Origin: an uncultured Actinomycetota bacterium
GTDB taxonomy: Bacteria; Actinomycetota; Actinomycetes; Mycobacteriales; Micromonosporaceae
Length of the DNA: 64,000 bases
Assembly: GCA_963740955.1 (NCBI GenBank)
Contig: CAVUGC010000003.1
Coordinates: forward strand, 5,455 to 69,454
Direction of reading: 5' to 3'
The position numbers and the translations under genes are program-made. The notes under the pieces are model-generated. The model made no database searches. It was not told the DNA's origin and saw nothing but the letters and a program-made list of their open reading frames with translations. Below are positions 14,218 through 23,116 of this stretch, piece after piece (within the stretch, counting starts at the first letter, position 1; every line of letters starts with the position of its first letter).

Positions 14218-15180
14218 CTAGTGCAGGAGCGTGCCCGCGCCGTAGTAGCTGTTGCCGTGGTGCACTTCGACGACCTTCACGACGGTGGTCGAGTTCGGGG
14301 CGTGCACGATCAGGCCGTTGCCGATGTACATGCCCACGTGCGCGAGGCCGTTGTAGAACACGAAGTCGCCCGGCTGGAGCTCGTCCTCGCTGATCTGCGC
14401 GACCATGTTCCACTGCGCGGCCGCGTTGTGCGGCAGGTCGATCCCGATCTGGGCGTAGGCGCCGAGCATGAGCCCGGAGCAGTCCCACGAGTTCGGTCCG
14501 GCCGCGCCCCACACGTACGGCTCGCCGCGCTGGCTGAGCGCGAAGTCGACGACGGCCAACTGCTGCTCGTTCATGTACGGCAGGTCGTACTCGTTGAACC
14601 CGGGGACCTCTTCGCCGGCGGCGGTCTTCCACTCCTCTTGGAGGTCGCTCATCCGCTCGGTGAGGTCGTCGGCCTTCGTCTGCAGCTCGGCCTCTTCGGT
14701 CTCCAGGTCCTCCTGGAGGTCGGAGAGGAGCTCGAACTGGGTGGTGTACTCGTCGGAGGCGGCCCGCAGTTCGTCCATGAGGGCGAAGTTGTAGAGGTTC
14801 GCCGAGTTGAGCCGGTCGAGGCGCTCGACGAACGCGTCCGGGGTGCCCGATTCGAGGAGCATCGCCGTGTCGCCGATGCCCTGTTCCACATAGGTCGAGC
14901 CGATGTAGTCGGCGAGCTGGTCGCGCAGGGCGTTCAGGTCGACCTCGGCCTCATCGAGCGAGGCCTGGGTTTCGTCGATGAGCTGGCGGTTGTCGTCCAC
15001 CGCCTGCGAGGCCTGGTTGTACTCCTCGACCGCCGCGGCGAGGTCGTCGTCGGCCGCGTCGATCTCGTCGTTGATGTCCGAGGTGTCCTGGGCCCAGACG
15101 GGGCCGGAACCGACTGCGGCGAGAAGGCCGCCGGCCAGGGCGGCTGACGTCCACTTGCGTCGAACAGACGACTGCTTCAC
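14218..15180 (-). CDS. Secreted NlpC/P60 (C40) peptidoglycan endopeptidase with coiled coil
   Basis: AAGGAG RBS before GTG at 15180; signal peptide; PYVWGAAGPNSWDCSGL, HVGMYIG, IVHAP. Confidence 0.92.
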   Translation of the reverse strand: MKQSSVRRKWTSAALAGGLLAAVGSGPVWAQDTSDINDEIDAADDDLAAAVEEYNQASQAVDDNRQLIDETQASLDEAEVDLNALRDQLADYIGSTYVEQGIGDTAMLLESGTPDAFVERLDRLNSANLYNFALMDELRAASDEYTTQFELLSDLQEDLETEEAELQTKADDLTERMSDLQEEWKTAAGEEVPGFNEYDLPYMNEQQLAVVDFALSQRGEPYVWGAAGPNSWDCSGLMLGAYAQIGIDLPHNAAAQWNMVAQISEDELQPGDFVFYNGLAHVGMYIGNGLIVHAPNSTTVVKVVEVHHGNSYYGAGTLLH

Positions 15181-15407
15181 GAGGAGGATGCTCCTTCGGG
15201 ATGGGAAGACGGGGTGCACTCACGACACACGCGCGGGGCCGCCCGTGGGATGCACGCCGAGGGGCGCCGCCGGGAGGCCGAACATGAGCCTAGCGCGCCG
15301 CATTCTGCTCGGGAAGACCCCGGCTACGACAAATTCGCTGCGTAGCGGGCATTCCACCGATGGTGTGTCGCTCCTGTGAGTTGGCTGGGAATTGGTACGA
15401 TGCCCGC

Positions 15408-15452
15408 ATGACCTTCTCGATGTGTCGTCGTCACCGCTGTCACCAGCGCTGA
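15408..15452 (+). CDS. Putative leaderless Cys-containing leader peptide MTFSMCRRHRCHQR
   Basis: Extended -10 TGG-TACGAT (15393-15401) 6 nt before ATG; two TGT Cys codons; upstream of cysteine dioxygenase. Confidence 0.55.
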   Translation: MTFSMCRRHRCHQR

Positions 15453-15521
15453 GCCGCGTTCCGCCGCTCGGCGCGCCCTGGACCGACAACCGTTCCGACG
15501 CATCGAAAGTCACATCGAACC

Positions 15522-16013
15522 ATGAGTTCCAGCCTGCTGCTGCCGACCGCCCCCCTCGCCGCCGACCGGCTCGCGTCGCTCGCCGCGTTCTACGCAGCGA
15601 ATCTCACACTCGGCCCGCGCTTCACCAAAGGCAGCCGCTGGGCCCGCAAGGTGCTCGCCGGACCCGGCCATGAGGCGTGGCTGCTCGCTTGGCTGCCCGG
15701 GCAGGGCACCGAACTCCACGACCACGGCGGCGTCGCCCGTCCGGCGGCGGCCGCGGTCGCGGTGGTCTCGGGGCGGCTCACCGAGTTCACCGTCGAGCCC
15801 GGCGACTTCCCGGGCCTGCGCCGGAGGCACCTCGCCGCGGGCGAGGTCTCGGTCGTCGACGACCGCACGGTGCACGGCATGCGCAACGACGCCGACGAGC
15901 CCGCGGTGAGCCTGCACGTCTACTCGCCCGGCCTCGAAGCGATGCGCACCTACCTGCTCGACGAGACCGGCCTGGCCCCGTCGCAGATCAAGCGCGCGGG
16001 CGAGGACTGGTAA
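15522..16013 (+). CDS. Cysteine dioxygenase type I family (cupin)
   Basis: WLLAWLPGQGTELHDHGG, VHGMRN, SLHVYSP. Confidence 0.88.
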   Translation: MSSSLLLPTAPLAADRLASLAAFYAANLTLGPRFTKGSRWARKVLAGPGHEAWLLAWLPGQGTELHDHGGVARPAAAAVAVVSGRLTEFTVEPGDFPGLRRRHLAAGEVSVVDDRTVHGMRNDADEPAVSLHVYSPGLEAMRTYLLDETGLAPSQIKRAGEDW

Positions 16014-16020
16014 CGGCCCG

Positions 16021-16094
16021 AACGTGAACGGAGGGTCTCCGCAAATCGGGCACCCGGGGACCCCCGATTGCAACGCTACGCGGCAGCTGCGACA
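16021..16094 (-). repeat. Repeat family copy 4 (tandem with copy 3)
   Basis: Reverse complement TGTCGC-AGCTGCCGCG-TAGCGT-TGCAA-TCGGGGGTCCC-CGGGTGCCCGATTTGCGGAGACCCTCCGTTCACGTT. Confidence 0.7.
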
Positions 16095-16114
16095 CCCCGA
16101 TGGGGTTACGCGCC

Positions 16115-16183
16115 AACGTGAACGGAGAGTCCCGGCAAATCGGACATCGATAGGCCCCCGGTTTCGACCCTAGGGGTGCGACA
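16115..16183 (-). repeat. Repeat family copy 3 (5-bp deletion in the spacer)
   Basis: Reverse complement TGTCGC-ACCCC-TAGGGT-CGAAA-CCGGGGGCC-TATCGATGTCCGATTTGCCGGGACTCTCCGTTCACGTT. Confidence 0.75.
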
Positions 16184-16219
16184 CCGTTGCCGGTCAGCAT
16201 TGTCGGTCGCCGCTGCCGG

Positions 16220-17692
16220 TCAGCATCGGCGGCGGGGTGCCTCAGCGGCCGAAAGGACGGCGCCGACCGCTCCAGGGAGGGCCCGGGCCACGTCTGAGGC
16301 GGTGACCGTGCGGTGGCCTTCGGCGGCGATGCCGCCGGCGACGCCGTGGAGGTAGGCGGCGGCGACCGCCGCTCTGACCGCGCCCATGCCCGAGGCCAGC
16401 AGCGAGGCCATGAACCCGGCCAGCACGTCCCCCGAACCGGCCGTCGCCAACTGCGGGCGCCCGGTCGGGTTCGCCCACACTTCGCCGTCGCTGGAGGCGA
16501 CGACCGTGTGGTGGCCCTTGAGGAGCACCGTGCAGTTGAGCCGCTTGGCCAGCGCGGCCGCGGCCGCGCCGCGGTCCTCGGCGGGCGGTGAGCCGTAGAG
16601 GCGTTCGTATTCGCGGTCGTGCGGGGTGAGCACCACGGGCGCCTCCCGCTGCGAGAGCACGGACGGGTATTCGCCGATGAGCGTGAGCGCGTCCGCGTCG
16701 AGCACGACGGGTGCGGGCGAGACGAGCACGTGGCGCAGTTCGGCGAGGGCGGCCTCGTCGGTGCCGAAGCCGGGTCCGGCGAGCCAGGCCTGGACGCGTC
16801 CGGCCTCCTTGACCTCCTGGGTGCATACGACTTCGGGGTGGCGGCGGCGCACGTGTTCGGCGGCCGTTCCGGCGTAGCGCACGTACCCGGAGGGGCCTGC
16901 GAGGGCGCCGGCGGTGGCGAGCACGGCCGCGCCGGGGTAGTGCTCGGATCCGGCGGCGACGCCGACGACGCCGCGGGTGTACTTGTCGTCGTCGGGTCCG
17001 GGTTCGTGCCACCAGGCGGCGATGTCGCCGTCGGAGGCGACGCGCACGGCCGGGTGCGGGTCGAGGTACGGCCCGAGTCCGATGTCGATGAAGGCGAGGC
17101 GGCCGGTGCGGAGCGCGGCGCGTCCGAGCACGTGGCAGGGCTTGCGGGAGCCGAAGGCGACGGTGACGTCGGCGGTGACGGCGTTGGCGGGGACGCACCC
17201 GGTGTCGACGTCCACTCCGGAGGGCACGTCTACGGCGACGATGGCGTCGGCCCGGATGCGGGCGAGCTGGTCGATGGCGCGCCCGGGCAGGCCGGGTCTG
17301 CCGCCGATGCCGAGGATGCCGTCGAGGAGCAGGTCGCAGTGTTCGGGCGGGGTGGCCACGAGTCGGCCGCCGGCGCGGGTGAGCGCGGCGGCGGCGACGG
17401 GGTGGACGCGTTCGCCCATGACGGGTACGGCGAAGACCTGTGCGCCGCGGCGGGCGAGGCGGGCGGCGGCGAAGAGGGCGTCGCCGCCGTTGTCGCCGGG
17501 TCCGGCGAGCACGATGACGGTGGCGCCGTAGACGCCGCCGTCGACCGCTCCGCCTTTGCGGCGCTTGAGAATTCGGGCGCACTCGACGGCGAGTCCGGCC
17601 GCGGCGCGCTGCATGAGGGTGCCCGGCGGGAGCTGGGCCATCAGTTGGGCTTCCGCGCGGCGGACCGCCGCTGCTGACCAGGCACCGTCCAT
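16220..17692 (-). CDS. nnr: Bifunctional NAD(P)H-hydrate epimerase/dehydratase
   Basis: LMQRAA, GPGDNGGD, VAVDVPSG, DDKYTRG, VLDADAL, LTPHDRE, ATAGSGDVLAG. Confidence 0.93.
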   Translation of the reverse strand: MDGAWSAAAVRRAEAQLMAQLPPGTLMQRAAAGLAVECARILKRRKGGAVDGGVYGATVIVLAGPGDNGGDALFAAARLARRGAQVFAVPVMGERVHPVAAAALTRAGGRLVATPPEHCDLLLDGILGIGGRPGLPGRAIDQLARIRADAIVAVDVPSGVDVDTGCVPANAVTADVTVAFGSRKPCHVLGRAALRTGRLAFIDIGLGPYLDPHPAVRVASDGDIAAWWHEPGPDDDKYTRGVVGVAAGSEHYPGAAVLATAGALAGPSGYVRYAGTAAEHVRRRHPEVVCTQEVKEAGRVQAWLAGPGFGTDEAALAELRHVLVSPAPVVLDADALTLIGEYPSVLSQREAPVVLTPHDREYERLYGSPPAEDRGAAAAALAKRLNCTVLLKGHHTVVASSDGEVWANPTGRPQLATAGSGDVLAGFMASLLASGMGAVRAAVAAAYLHGVAGGIAAEGHRTVTASDVARALPGAVGAVLSAAEAPRRRC

Positions 17693-17720
17693 GGCTTTCC
17701 CTCTCCGGCCGTATTGGCCG

Positions 17721-18092
17721 TCATGCCGTTTCGGCGATCACCACCGCTGTCGCGATACCGCCATCATGCGACAGCGACACGTGCCAGCGTGAGACGCCAC
17801 GCTGTGCGGCCGCGGCCGCCACCGATCCGGTGATGGTCAATGTGGGGCGTCCGTCGGGGAGGGAGAGCACTTGGCAGTCGGCCCAGTGCATGCCGCCGGG
17901 GGCGCCGAGTGCTTTGGCCACGGCTTCTTTGGCGGCGAAGCGGGCGGCGAGGGATTCGGTGCGGCGAACGCGTCCGTCGGGAGCGTGGCGTTCGGCTTCG
18001 GTGAAGAGCTTGTCGGCGACGTGGGGGGTCCGTTCGAGCACCCGCTCGAACCGGTCCACTGCCACTACATCTATGCCCACGGCGACGATCAC
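17721..18092 (-). CDS. acpS: Holo-[acyl-carrier-protein] synthase
   Basis: [30 protein letters not shown]. Confidence 0.95.
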   Translation of the reverse strand: MIVAVGIDVVAVDRFERVLERTPHVADKLFTEAERHAPDGRVRRTESLAARFAAKEAVAKALGAPGGMHWADCQVLSLPDGRPTLTITGSVAAAAAQRGVSRWHVSLSHDGGIATAVVIAETA

Positions 18093-18191
18093 CCCCCAAG
18101 AGTGCCACGGGATCGGGCGTCGCGCCCCCGCATCGGACGGTTCACTGCCGCGAGTGACGCTTTGCCCGGGCGCACTTGGGGTCAGGTGGTG

Positions 18192-18788
18192 TCATCCGGT
18201 CCGGGGCGGGAGGCCGACGGCGGGGAGGATCGCCTGGTCGACGACTTCGGCGAGGTAGGCGTCGCCGGGGTCGGCGCCGGTGTCCATCATCCGTTTGGTG
18301 ACAAGGGCTTCGCCGATGTCGAGGACGACGGGGGTGAGGCGGGCGGGGTCGAAGCGGCCGTGTTCGGCGTAGTGGCGCAGCACGGTCTGGGTGAAGGTGC
18401 CGCCGCGTTCGGCGAAGACGCGTTCGAAGAGGGCTTCGACGGCGGCGGGGTCGCGGGCGGGGTCGGCGACGATGGCCATGACGGCGCGTCCGGCGGGGCT
18501 GAAGGCCCAGTCGCACATGAGGCGCAGTGAGGCGATGAGGTCGCCGCGGAGGTCGTCGGCGCCGGGGGCGGGCTGTTCGACGGGGTGGAGGTCGGCGAGG
18601 GCGTCGAGGAGGAGGTCGGTGGGGTCGGACCAGCGGCGGTAGAGGGTGGTGCGGGCGGTGGCGGCGCGTTTGGCTATGGCGTCCATGGTGAGTCGGCCGG
18701 GGCCCGCGATCGCGGCTTCCTCGACGGCGGCGGCGTAGATGGCGTCGAGCAGGTCCTTGCCTCGCCTGCGCGTCTGTCCTTCGGGCAT
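18192..18788 (-). CDS. TetR/AcrR family regulator
   Basis: LTMDAIAKRAATARTTLYRRW HTH; DLRGDL C-terminal motif. Confidence 0.9.
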   Translation of the reverse strand: MPEGQTRRRGKDLLDAIYAAAVEEAAIAGPGRLTMDAIAKRAATARTTLYRRWSDPTDLLLDALADLHPVEQPAPGADDLRGDLIASLRLMCDWAFSPAGRAVMAIVADPARDPAAVEALFERVFAERGGTFTQTVLRHYAEHGRFDPARLTPVVLDIGEALVTKRMMDTGADPGDAYLAEVVDQAILPAVGLPPRTG

Positions 18789-18803
18789 CGCCCGCCCCCG
18801 ATC

Positions 18804-18854
18804 TTTAGCTACATTCATGTACCTTATCGTTTTAGATACAACCGTGTACCTAAA
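18804..18854. promoter_or_regulatory. Two tandem TetR-type operators between tetR and the DUF418 gene
   Basis: TTTAGCTACA-TTCA-TGTACCTTA and TTTAGATACA-ACCG-TGTACCTAAA imperfect palindromes in an AT-rich divergent intergenic region. Confidence 0.65.
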
Positions 18855-18868
18855 ACCTGGAGAACGAG

Positions 18869-20035
18869 ATGGCACTCTCCCCGCCCGCCATTATGAGCAC
18901 CCCCCTGCGCGAGCGCTCGCTCGCACCCGACCTGGCCAGGGGCTTCATGCTCCTGCTCATCGCACTCGCCCACGCGCACATGTTCCTCGCCCACGAGACC
19001 ACGGGCTTCCGCGGGTACGCCGTGGACGGCGCCGCCCTCGACCGCATCGTCGCCGGACTGCAGGTCCTGTTCGTGGACGGGCGGGCGCTGCCGATGTTCG
19101 CCGCGCTCTTCGGCTACGGGCTCGCCCGGCTCGCCGACCGGCGCTTGCGCACCGGAGCCGAAGCGCGCCAAGTGAAACGGCTCGTCCGCCGCCGCAGCGC
19201 CTGGCTCCTCGCCTTCGGCTTCAGCCACGCGCTGCTGCTGTTCTTCGGCGACATCCTCGCCGCCTACGGCCTCATCGGCCTCGTCTTCACGGCCCTCCTG
19301 TGGAGCCGCGATCACGTCCTCGTCCGCACCGCGTGGATCGCCGCCGCCGCCCACATCGTGGTCGTCGCCGCCCTCGGCGCCTCCGCCGAGGCCGCGGGCC
19401 ACGCCAACGCCTCCCCCACGCTCATCGCCGACCCGCTCGAGGCCGCCGCGATGCGCCTGGCCGTCTGGTCGGCCCTGACCTCCACGTTCTACATCGTCAG
19501 CGTCCTCCCCGCGTTCGCCTTCGGCATCTGGGCCGCCCGCCGCCGCCTCCTCGACGAACCCGGCCGCCACCTGCCGCTCCTGCGGCGCACCGCCCTGTGG
19601 GGCATCGCCATCGGCGTCGCGGGCGGCCTGCCGCTCATGCTCGCCGACACGCAGGTGTGGCACCCCGACGCGCCTGTCGCCGTCGCCTCCTACGCCCTCC
19701 ACAGCGTCACCGGTCTCGCCGCCGGGTTCGGCTACGCCGCGCTCATCGCTCTGGTGGCCGCCCGTCCCGGCAGGGCCGCAGGGCCGATCGCGAACGCCCT
19801 CGCCGCGTGCGGCGGGCGGTCGCTCACCTGCTACCTGCTCCAGTCGGTCGCCTTCACCGCGATCTTCACCCCGCTCGCCGGGAACCTCGGCGCGAGCGTG
19901 GGCGACGCGGCCGCGTCCGGGATCGCCGTCCTCGTCTGGGCGGCAACGGTAGTGCTCGCGGCCTGGATGGCCCGGGCGGGGATCCGCGGCCCGTTCGAAG
20001 TGCTCCTGCGCCGACTCACCTACGGCCGCAGCTAA
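18869..20035 (+). CDS. DUF418 (YeiB-like) membrane protein
   Basis: PDLARGFMLL, FAALFGYG, GDILAAYG, SLTCYLLQS, RGPFEVLLRRLTY. Confidence 0.88.
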   Translation: MALSPPAIMSTPLRERSLAPDLARGFMLLLIALAHAHMFLAHETTGFRGYAVDGAALDRIVAGLQVLFVDGRALPMFAALFGYGLARLADRRLRTGAEARQVKRLVRRRSAWLLAFGFSHALLLFFGDILAAYGLIGLVFTALLWSRDHVLVRTAWIAAAAHIVVVAALGASAEAAGHANASPTLIADPLEAAAMRLAVWSALTSTFYIVSVLPAFAFGIWAARRRLLDEPGRHLPLLRRTALWGIAIGVAGGLPLMLADTQVWHPDAPVAVASYALHSVTGLAAGFGYAALIALVAARPGRAAGPIANALAACGGRSLTCYLLQSVAFTAIFTPLAGNLGASVGDAAASGIAVLVWAATVVLAAWMARAGIRGPFEVLLRRLTYGRS

Positions 20036-20087
20036 ATCCGAATCAGAAGCGGCCGGCGGTGGTCCCTCCACCGCCGGCCGCGGTACG

Positions 20088-20888
20088 TCAGCCCTCTTGG
20101 TGCCGCAGCAGCTCCCACGGGTCGTGAGCACTGAAGACCGACACTTCGTCACCGTGGCCCTGCACGAGTTCGCGCAGTCGGTCCTGGGTACCGACCCGCA
20201 GGTCGTGGTGGACTTCCGCGCCGGTCTGCACGGCGTCCAGCAGCGGGTGCGGATGCCCTTGGGGCTCAAGCTCCTTGTGGTAGTAGTAGGCGTCACCGCA
20301 GTGCAGGAGCCACCGGTCGTCGCCCGCGACCGCGACGCCCATATGGCCCTCGGTGTGGCCGCCGAGCGGGACGAGCCGGAACGCGTCGCCGAGGACCTCG
20401 GGCCGCAGCGCCCGGAAACCGAACCAGTCGTCCTCGGCCGCGGGCCCGTACGTCGTCCACCGCGGGCCGTGGGCCCAGTGCGCCGACCGATAGCGGCGGT
20501 CGTTCCCGGCGGCCAGGGCCGCCTCGAGTTCGGCCTCCATCACGTGCACTCGGGCACTGGGGAAGTCGGGGAGTCCGCCGCAGTGGTCCACGTCGAGGTG
20601 GGTGACGATGATGTGGCGGACGTCCGCAGGGTCGTATCCGAGGCGTTCGACCTGCCGGATCGCGGTCTCGTGCTCGTCGAGCACCGGTTCGACCATCGCG
20701 ACCCAGTCGGCGGCGAGGCTGTGTTCGGTGCCCTGCACGTCGCCGAGCCCGAGTCCCGTTTCGACGAGGACGAGGCCGTCCCCGGTTTCGGCGAGCAGGC
20801 AGTGGTTCACGGCCGGCGCGGGCGCGGGGCCGTCGTAGGTCGCTTCGAGCCGTCGCATCGAACCGCAGTTGAGATGATGGATCTTCAT
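20088..20888 (-). CDS. Metallo-beta-lactamase-fold hydrolase
   Basis: MKIHHLNCG start; THLDVDHCGG, GHTEGH, GDAYY, SAHD. Confidence 0.9.
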   Translation of the reverse strand: MKIHHLNCGSMRRLEATYDGPAPAPAVNHCLLAETGDGLVLVETGLGLGDVQGTEHSLAADWVAMVEPVLDEHETAIRQVERLGYDPADVRHIIVTHLDVDHCGGLPDFPSARVHVMEAELEAALAAGNDRRYRSAHWAHGPRWTTYGPAAEDDWFGFRALRPEVLGDAFRLVPLGGHTEGHMGVAVAGDDRWLLHCGDAYYYHKELEPQGHPHPLLDAVQTGAEVHHDLRVGTQDRLRELVQGHGDEVSVFSAHDPWELLRHQEG

Positions 20889-20895
20889 GCGAGCT

Positions 20896-20926
20896 ACGTT
20901 GGCACTTGAAGCGCACTTGAAGTCAA
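20896..20926 (-). promoter_or_regulatory. MerR-type promoter/operator for the MBL gene
   Basis: On the minus strand TTGACT-19 bp-CAACGT then 7 nt to ATG; dyad ACTTGAAG-CGCA-CTTGAAGT overlaps the spacer. Confidence 0.7.
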
Positions 20927-20951
20927 GTGCCGCAACCGGACAGGTGGTGCG

Positions 20952-21341
20952 ATGGAACTGCTCGACATCGGAGAGGTGGCGGCGCTGACGGGACTCGCGC
21001 CATCGGCGCTGCGGTTCTACGAGCAGCGGGGGCTGGTGGAGCCGGCGGGGCGCATCGGGTTGCGGCGGGCGTACGAACCGGAGGCGGTCGTGCGACTGCG
21101 GTTGATCGCGTGCGCGCGCCGGGCCGGGTTCGCCGTGTCGGAGATCGCGCGGTTCCTGACGCCCGACCAGGACGAGGCGGCATTGCGGGACCGGTTGGCG
21201 GCCAAGGCGGCCCGGGTCGGGGAGAACATCGCGAACCTGGAGCGCATGCGCAGCGCGCTGCATCACGCGGCGACGTGCGAGGTGCACCCGTTCACCGACT
21301 GCGCCGAGTTCCGGGCGATCCTGGGCGCCGCGACGGCATGA
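20952..21341 (+). CDS. MerR family transcriptional regulator
   Basis: IGEVAALTGLAPSALRFYEQRGL; C-terminal C-X6-C. Confidence 0.9.
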   Translation: MELLDIGEVAALTGLAPSALRFYEQRGLVEPAGRIGLRRAYEPEAVVRLRLIACARRAGFAVSEIARFLTPDQDEAALRDRLAAKAARVGENIANLERMRSALHHAATCEVHPFTDCAEFRAILGAATA

Positions 21342-21370
21342 GGGCCCGGACGCTGCGCGTCCGGGCCCTC
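21340..21370. terminator. Hairpin between merR and dacB
   Basis: GAGGGCCCGGACGC-TGC-GCGTCCGGGCCCTC. Confidence 0.7.
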
Positions 21371-21391
21371 TGCATAACGAGTCGGCGGTCT

Positions 21392-22969
21392 TTAGCAGAC
21401 GGCCGGCTCGTAGTAGGAGCATTCCTTGTCGCCCGGGATCACCTTGGCGGGATCGGTGACCGACTCGTCCTCCGAGAAGGTCTTGATCTCCGCTTCGGTC
21501 GCGTCCTGGCTGTGGCTCGCGAGCGCGACGGCGACCTGGTCCTCGAGGGACTTCACGGAGTCGGCGAGGTGGTCGTTGAACAGGACGCTGAAGACCAGTT
21601 CGCGCCCGTCCGCGTCCGTGACGTAACCCGAGAGGGCCGAGACCGAGGTGAGCGTGCCGGTCTTGGCGTGGACGTTGCCTTCGGCGGCGGTGTCGCACAT
21701 GCGGCTCGCGAGGGTGCCGTCGGCGCAGGCCACCGGGAACGAGGCGTACCAGGCGTCGTACCAGGAGGCTTCCTTGGCGCCGATGAGGAGGTCGGTGACC
21801 ATGTCAGCGGTGACCTCGTCCCAGCGGGACATGCCGGAGCCGTCGACCTGGCGGATCGGGTCGGTGTCGACGCCGTACTTCTCGATGGCGGCGTAGACGC
21901 CCTCCTGGCCGGCTTCGAACGTGCCCTCGCCGGTGGTCGCGTTGCCGACGGCCTTGAAGAAGGCCTCGGCGTAGGAGTTGTTCGAGGGCTTCATCAGGGA
22001 CGCGGCCAGGTCCGAGAGCGGCGCCGAGTTGTGGCTGACGAGGGTCTCGGGGCCCTGCGGGGTCTCCTCGCCGGAGACGACGTCGCCGCTGAGGGTGATG
22101 CCGTTGTCCGCCAAGGCGTCTTCGAAGATCGAGGCGACCATGGCGGTGGGGTCGATGACCGAGCGGGTGCCGTAGGTCTGGCCGGCGTCGGTGCCGAGGG
22201 TGCCGGTGACGGTGATGGTGTTCGAGTGCTCGTCGCGGTTGATCGAGATCTCGTCGCCCGAACCGGCCGCGCCGGTCGTGGCCTCGTTGACGATCTCGAC
22301 GTAGTCGTTGGCGGGAACCGTGGTGATCTTGGCTTCGTCGCCTTCGGCGGCACCGGGATCGACGAAGACGCGGACGGTGCCGGCGTGGTGGTTCTCGGTG
22401 GAGGAGCCCACGGTCAGCGCGGAGATCTCCATGGCGTCCGCGTACTGGAGGTCGCCCCAGGCCCATTCGTCGCCGTGGCGGGCGTCGTCGAAGGCGGTGT
22501 CGTCGGCGACGAGGTCGCCGGTGACCGAGGAGACGCCCGCGTCGGCGAGGTCGGCGGCGAGCTTCTGGTAGTCCTCGATGAGCATGCTCGGGTCGCCCGA
22601 GCCGCGCAGGTACAGGTCGCCGTCGACGACGCCGTCCACCGGGCGGTCCCCGAGGACCTCGGTGGCGAACGTGTAGTCGGCGCCGAGGACCTCGAAAGCC
22701 CCTGCGACGGTGGCGATCTTGTTGTTGGAGGCGGGGATGGCGCGCTGGTTCCCGTTGTGGTCGTAGACGACTTCACCGGTGGTGGCGTCCTTGACCAGGA
22801 TGTTCGCCTGGGAGTCGACGAGCTTGGGGTCGGCCAGGATCGCGTCGATCGCGGCGGCGAGGGCGTCGTCGCCGGTCTCCTGCGCTTGGGCGACCATCGT
22901 CCCGGCGATGGTGATGGCGCCCGCGGCAGTGACCGCGACGGCGCCCGAAATCAGGGTGCGTTTTCTCAC
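21392..22969 (-). CDS. dacB: D-alanyl-D-alanine carboxypeptidase/endopeptidase (PBP4, peptidase S13)
   Basis: Signal peptide; PASNNK (SxxK), KPSNNSYAE (SxN), DGSGMSR, AKTGTL (KTG). Confidence 0.93.
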   Translation of the reverse strand: MRKRTLISGAVAVTAAGAITIAGTMVAQAQETGDDALAAAIDAILADPKLVDSQANILVKDATTGEVVYDHNGNQRAIPASNNKIATVAGAFEVLGADYTFATEVLGDRPVDGVVDGDLYLRGSGDPSMLIEDYQKLAADLADAGVSSVTGDLVADDTAFDDARHGDEWAWGDLQYADAMEISALTVGSSTENHHAGTVRVFVDPGAAEGDEAKITTVPANDYVEIVNEATTGAAGSGDEISINRDEHSNTITVTGTLGTDAGQTYGTRSVIDPTAMVASIFEDALADNGITLSGDVVSGEETPQGPETLVSHNSAPLSDLAASLMKPSNNSYAEAFFKAVGNATTGEGTFEAGQEGVYAAIEKYGVDTDPIRQVDGSGMSRWDEVTADMVTDLLIGAKEASWYDAWYASFPVACADGTLASRMCDTAAEGNVHAKTGTLTSVSALSGYVTDADGRELVFSVLFNDHLADSVKSLEDQVAVALASHSQDATEAEIKTFSEDESVTDPAKVIPGDKECSYYEPAVC

Positions 22970-23116
22970 GGCGCGAGCCTAGTCCGCTCAAACCAGTGAG
23001 CACCGTCTATACCGGGTGCAAGTGTCCGAAATTGCAGCAGCGCAAGGCAACCGCAGGGACGGGAGCGAGCGTATGGGGCGCGCGAAGCCGCGCGCCCCAA
23101 TCGCAGACTATGCCGC

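Noticed and set aside
15181-15390. c-di-AMP riboswitch upstream of the NlpC/P60 gene
   Set aside because: Expected for such genes, but the conserved GGGTGAAT and GTCAGCTAAC-type elements were not found by eye; an Infernal scan would settle it.
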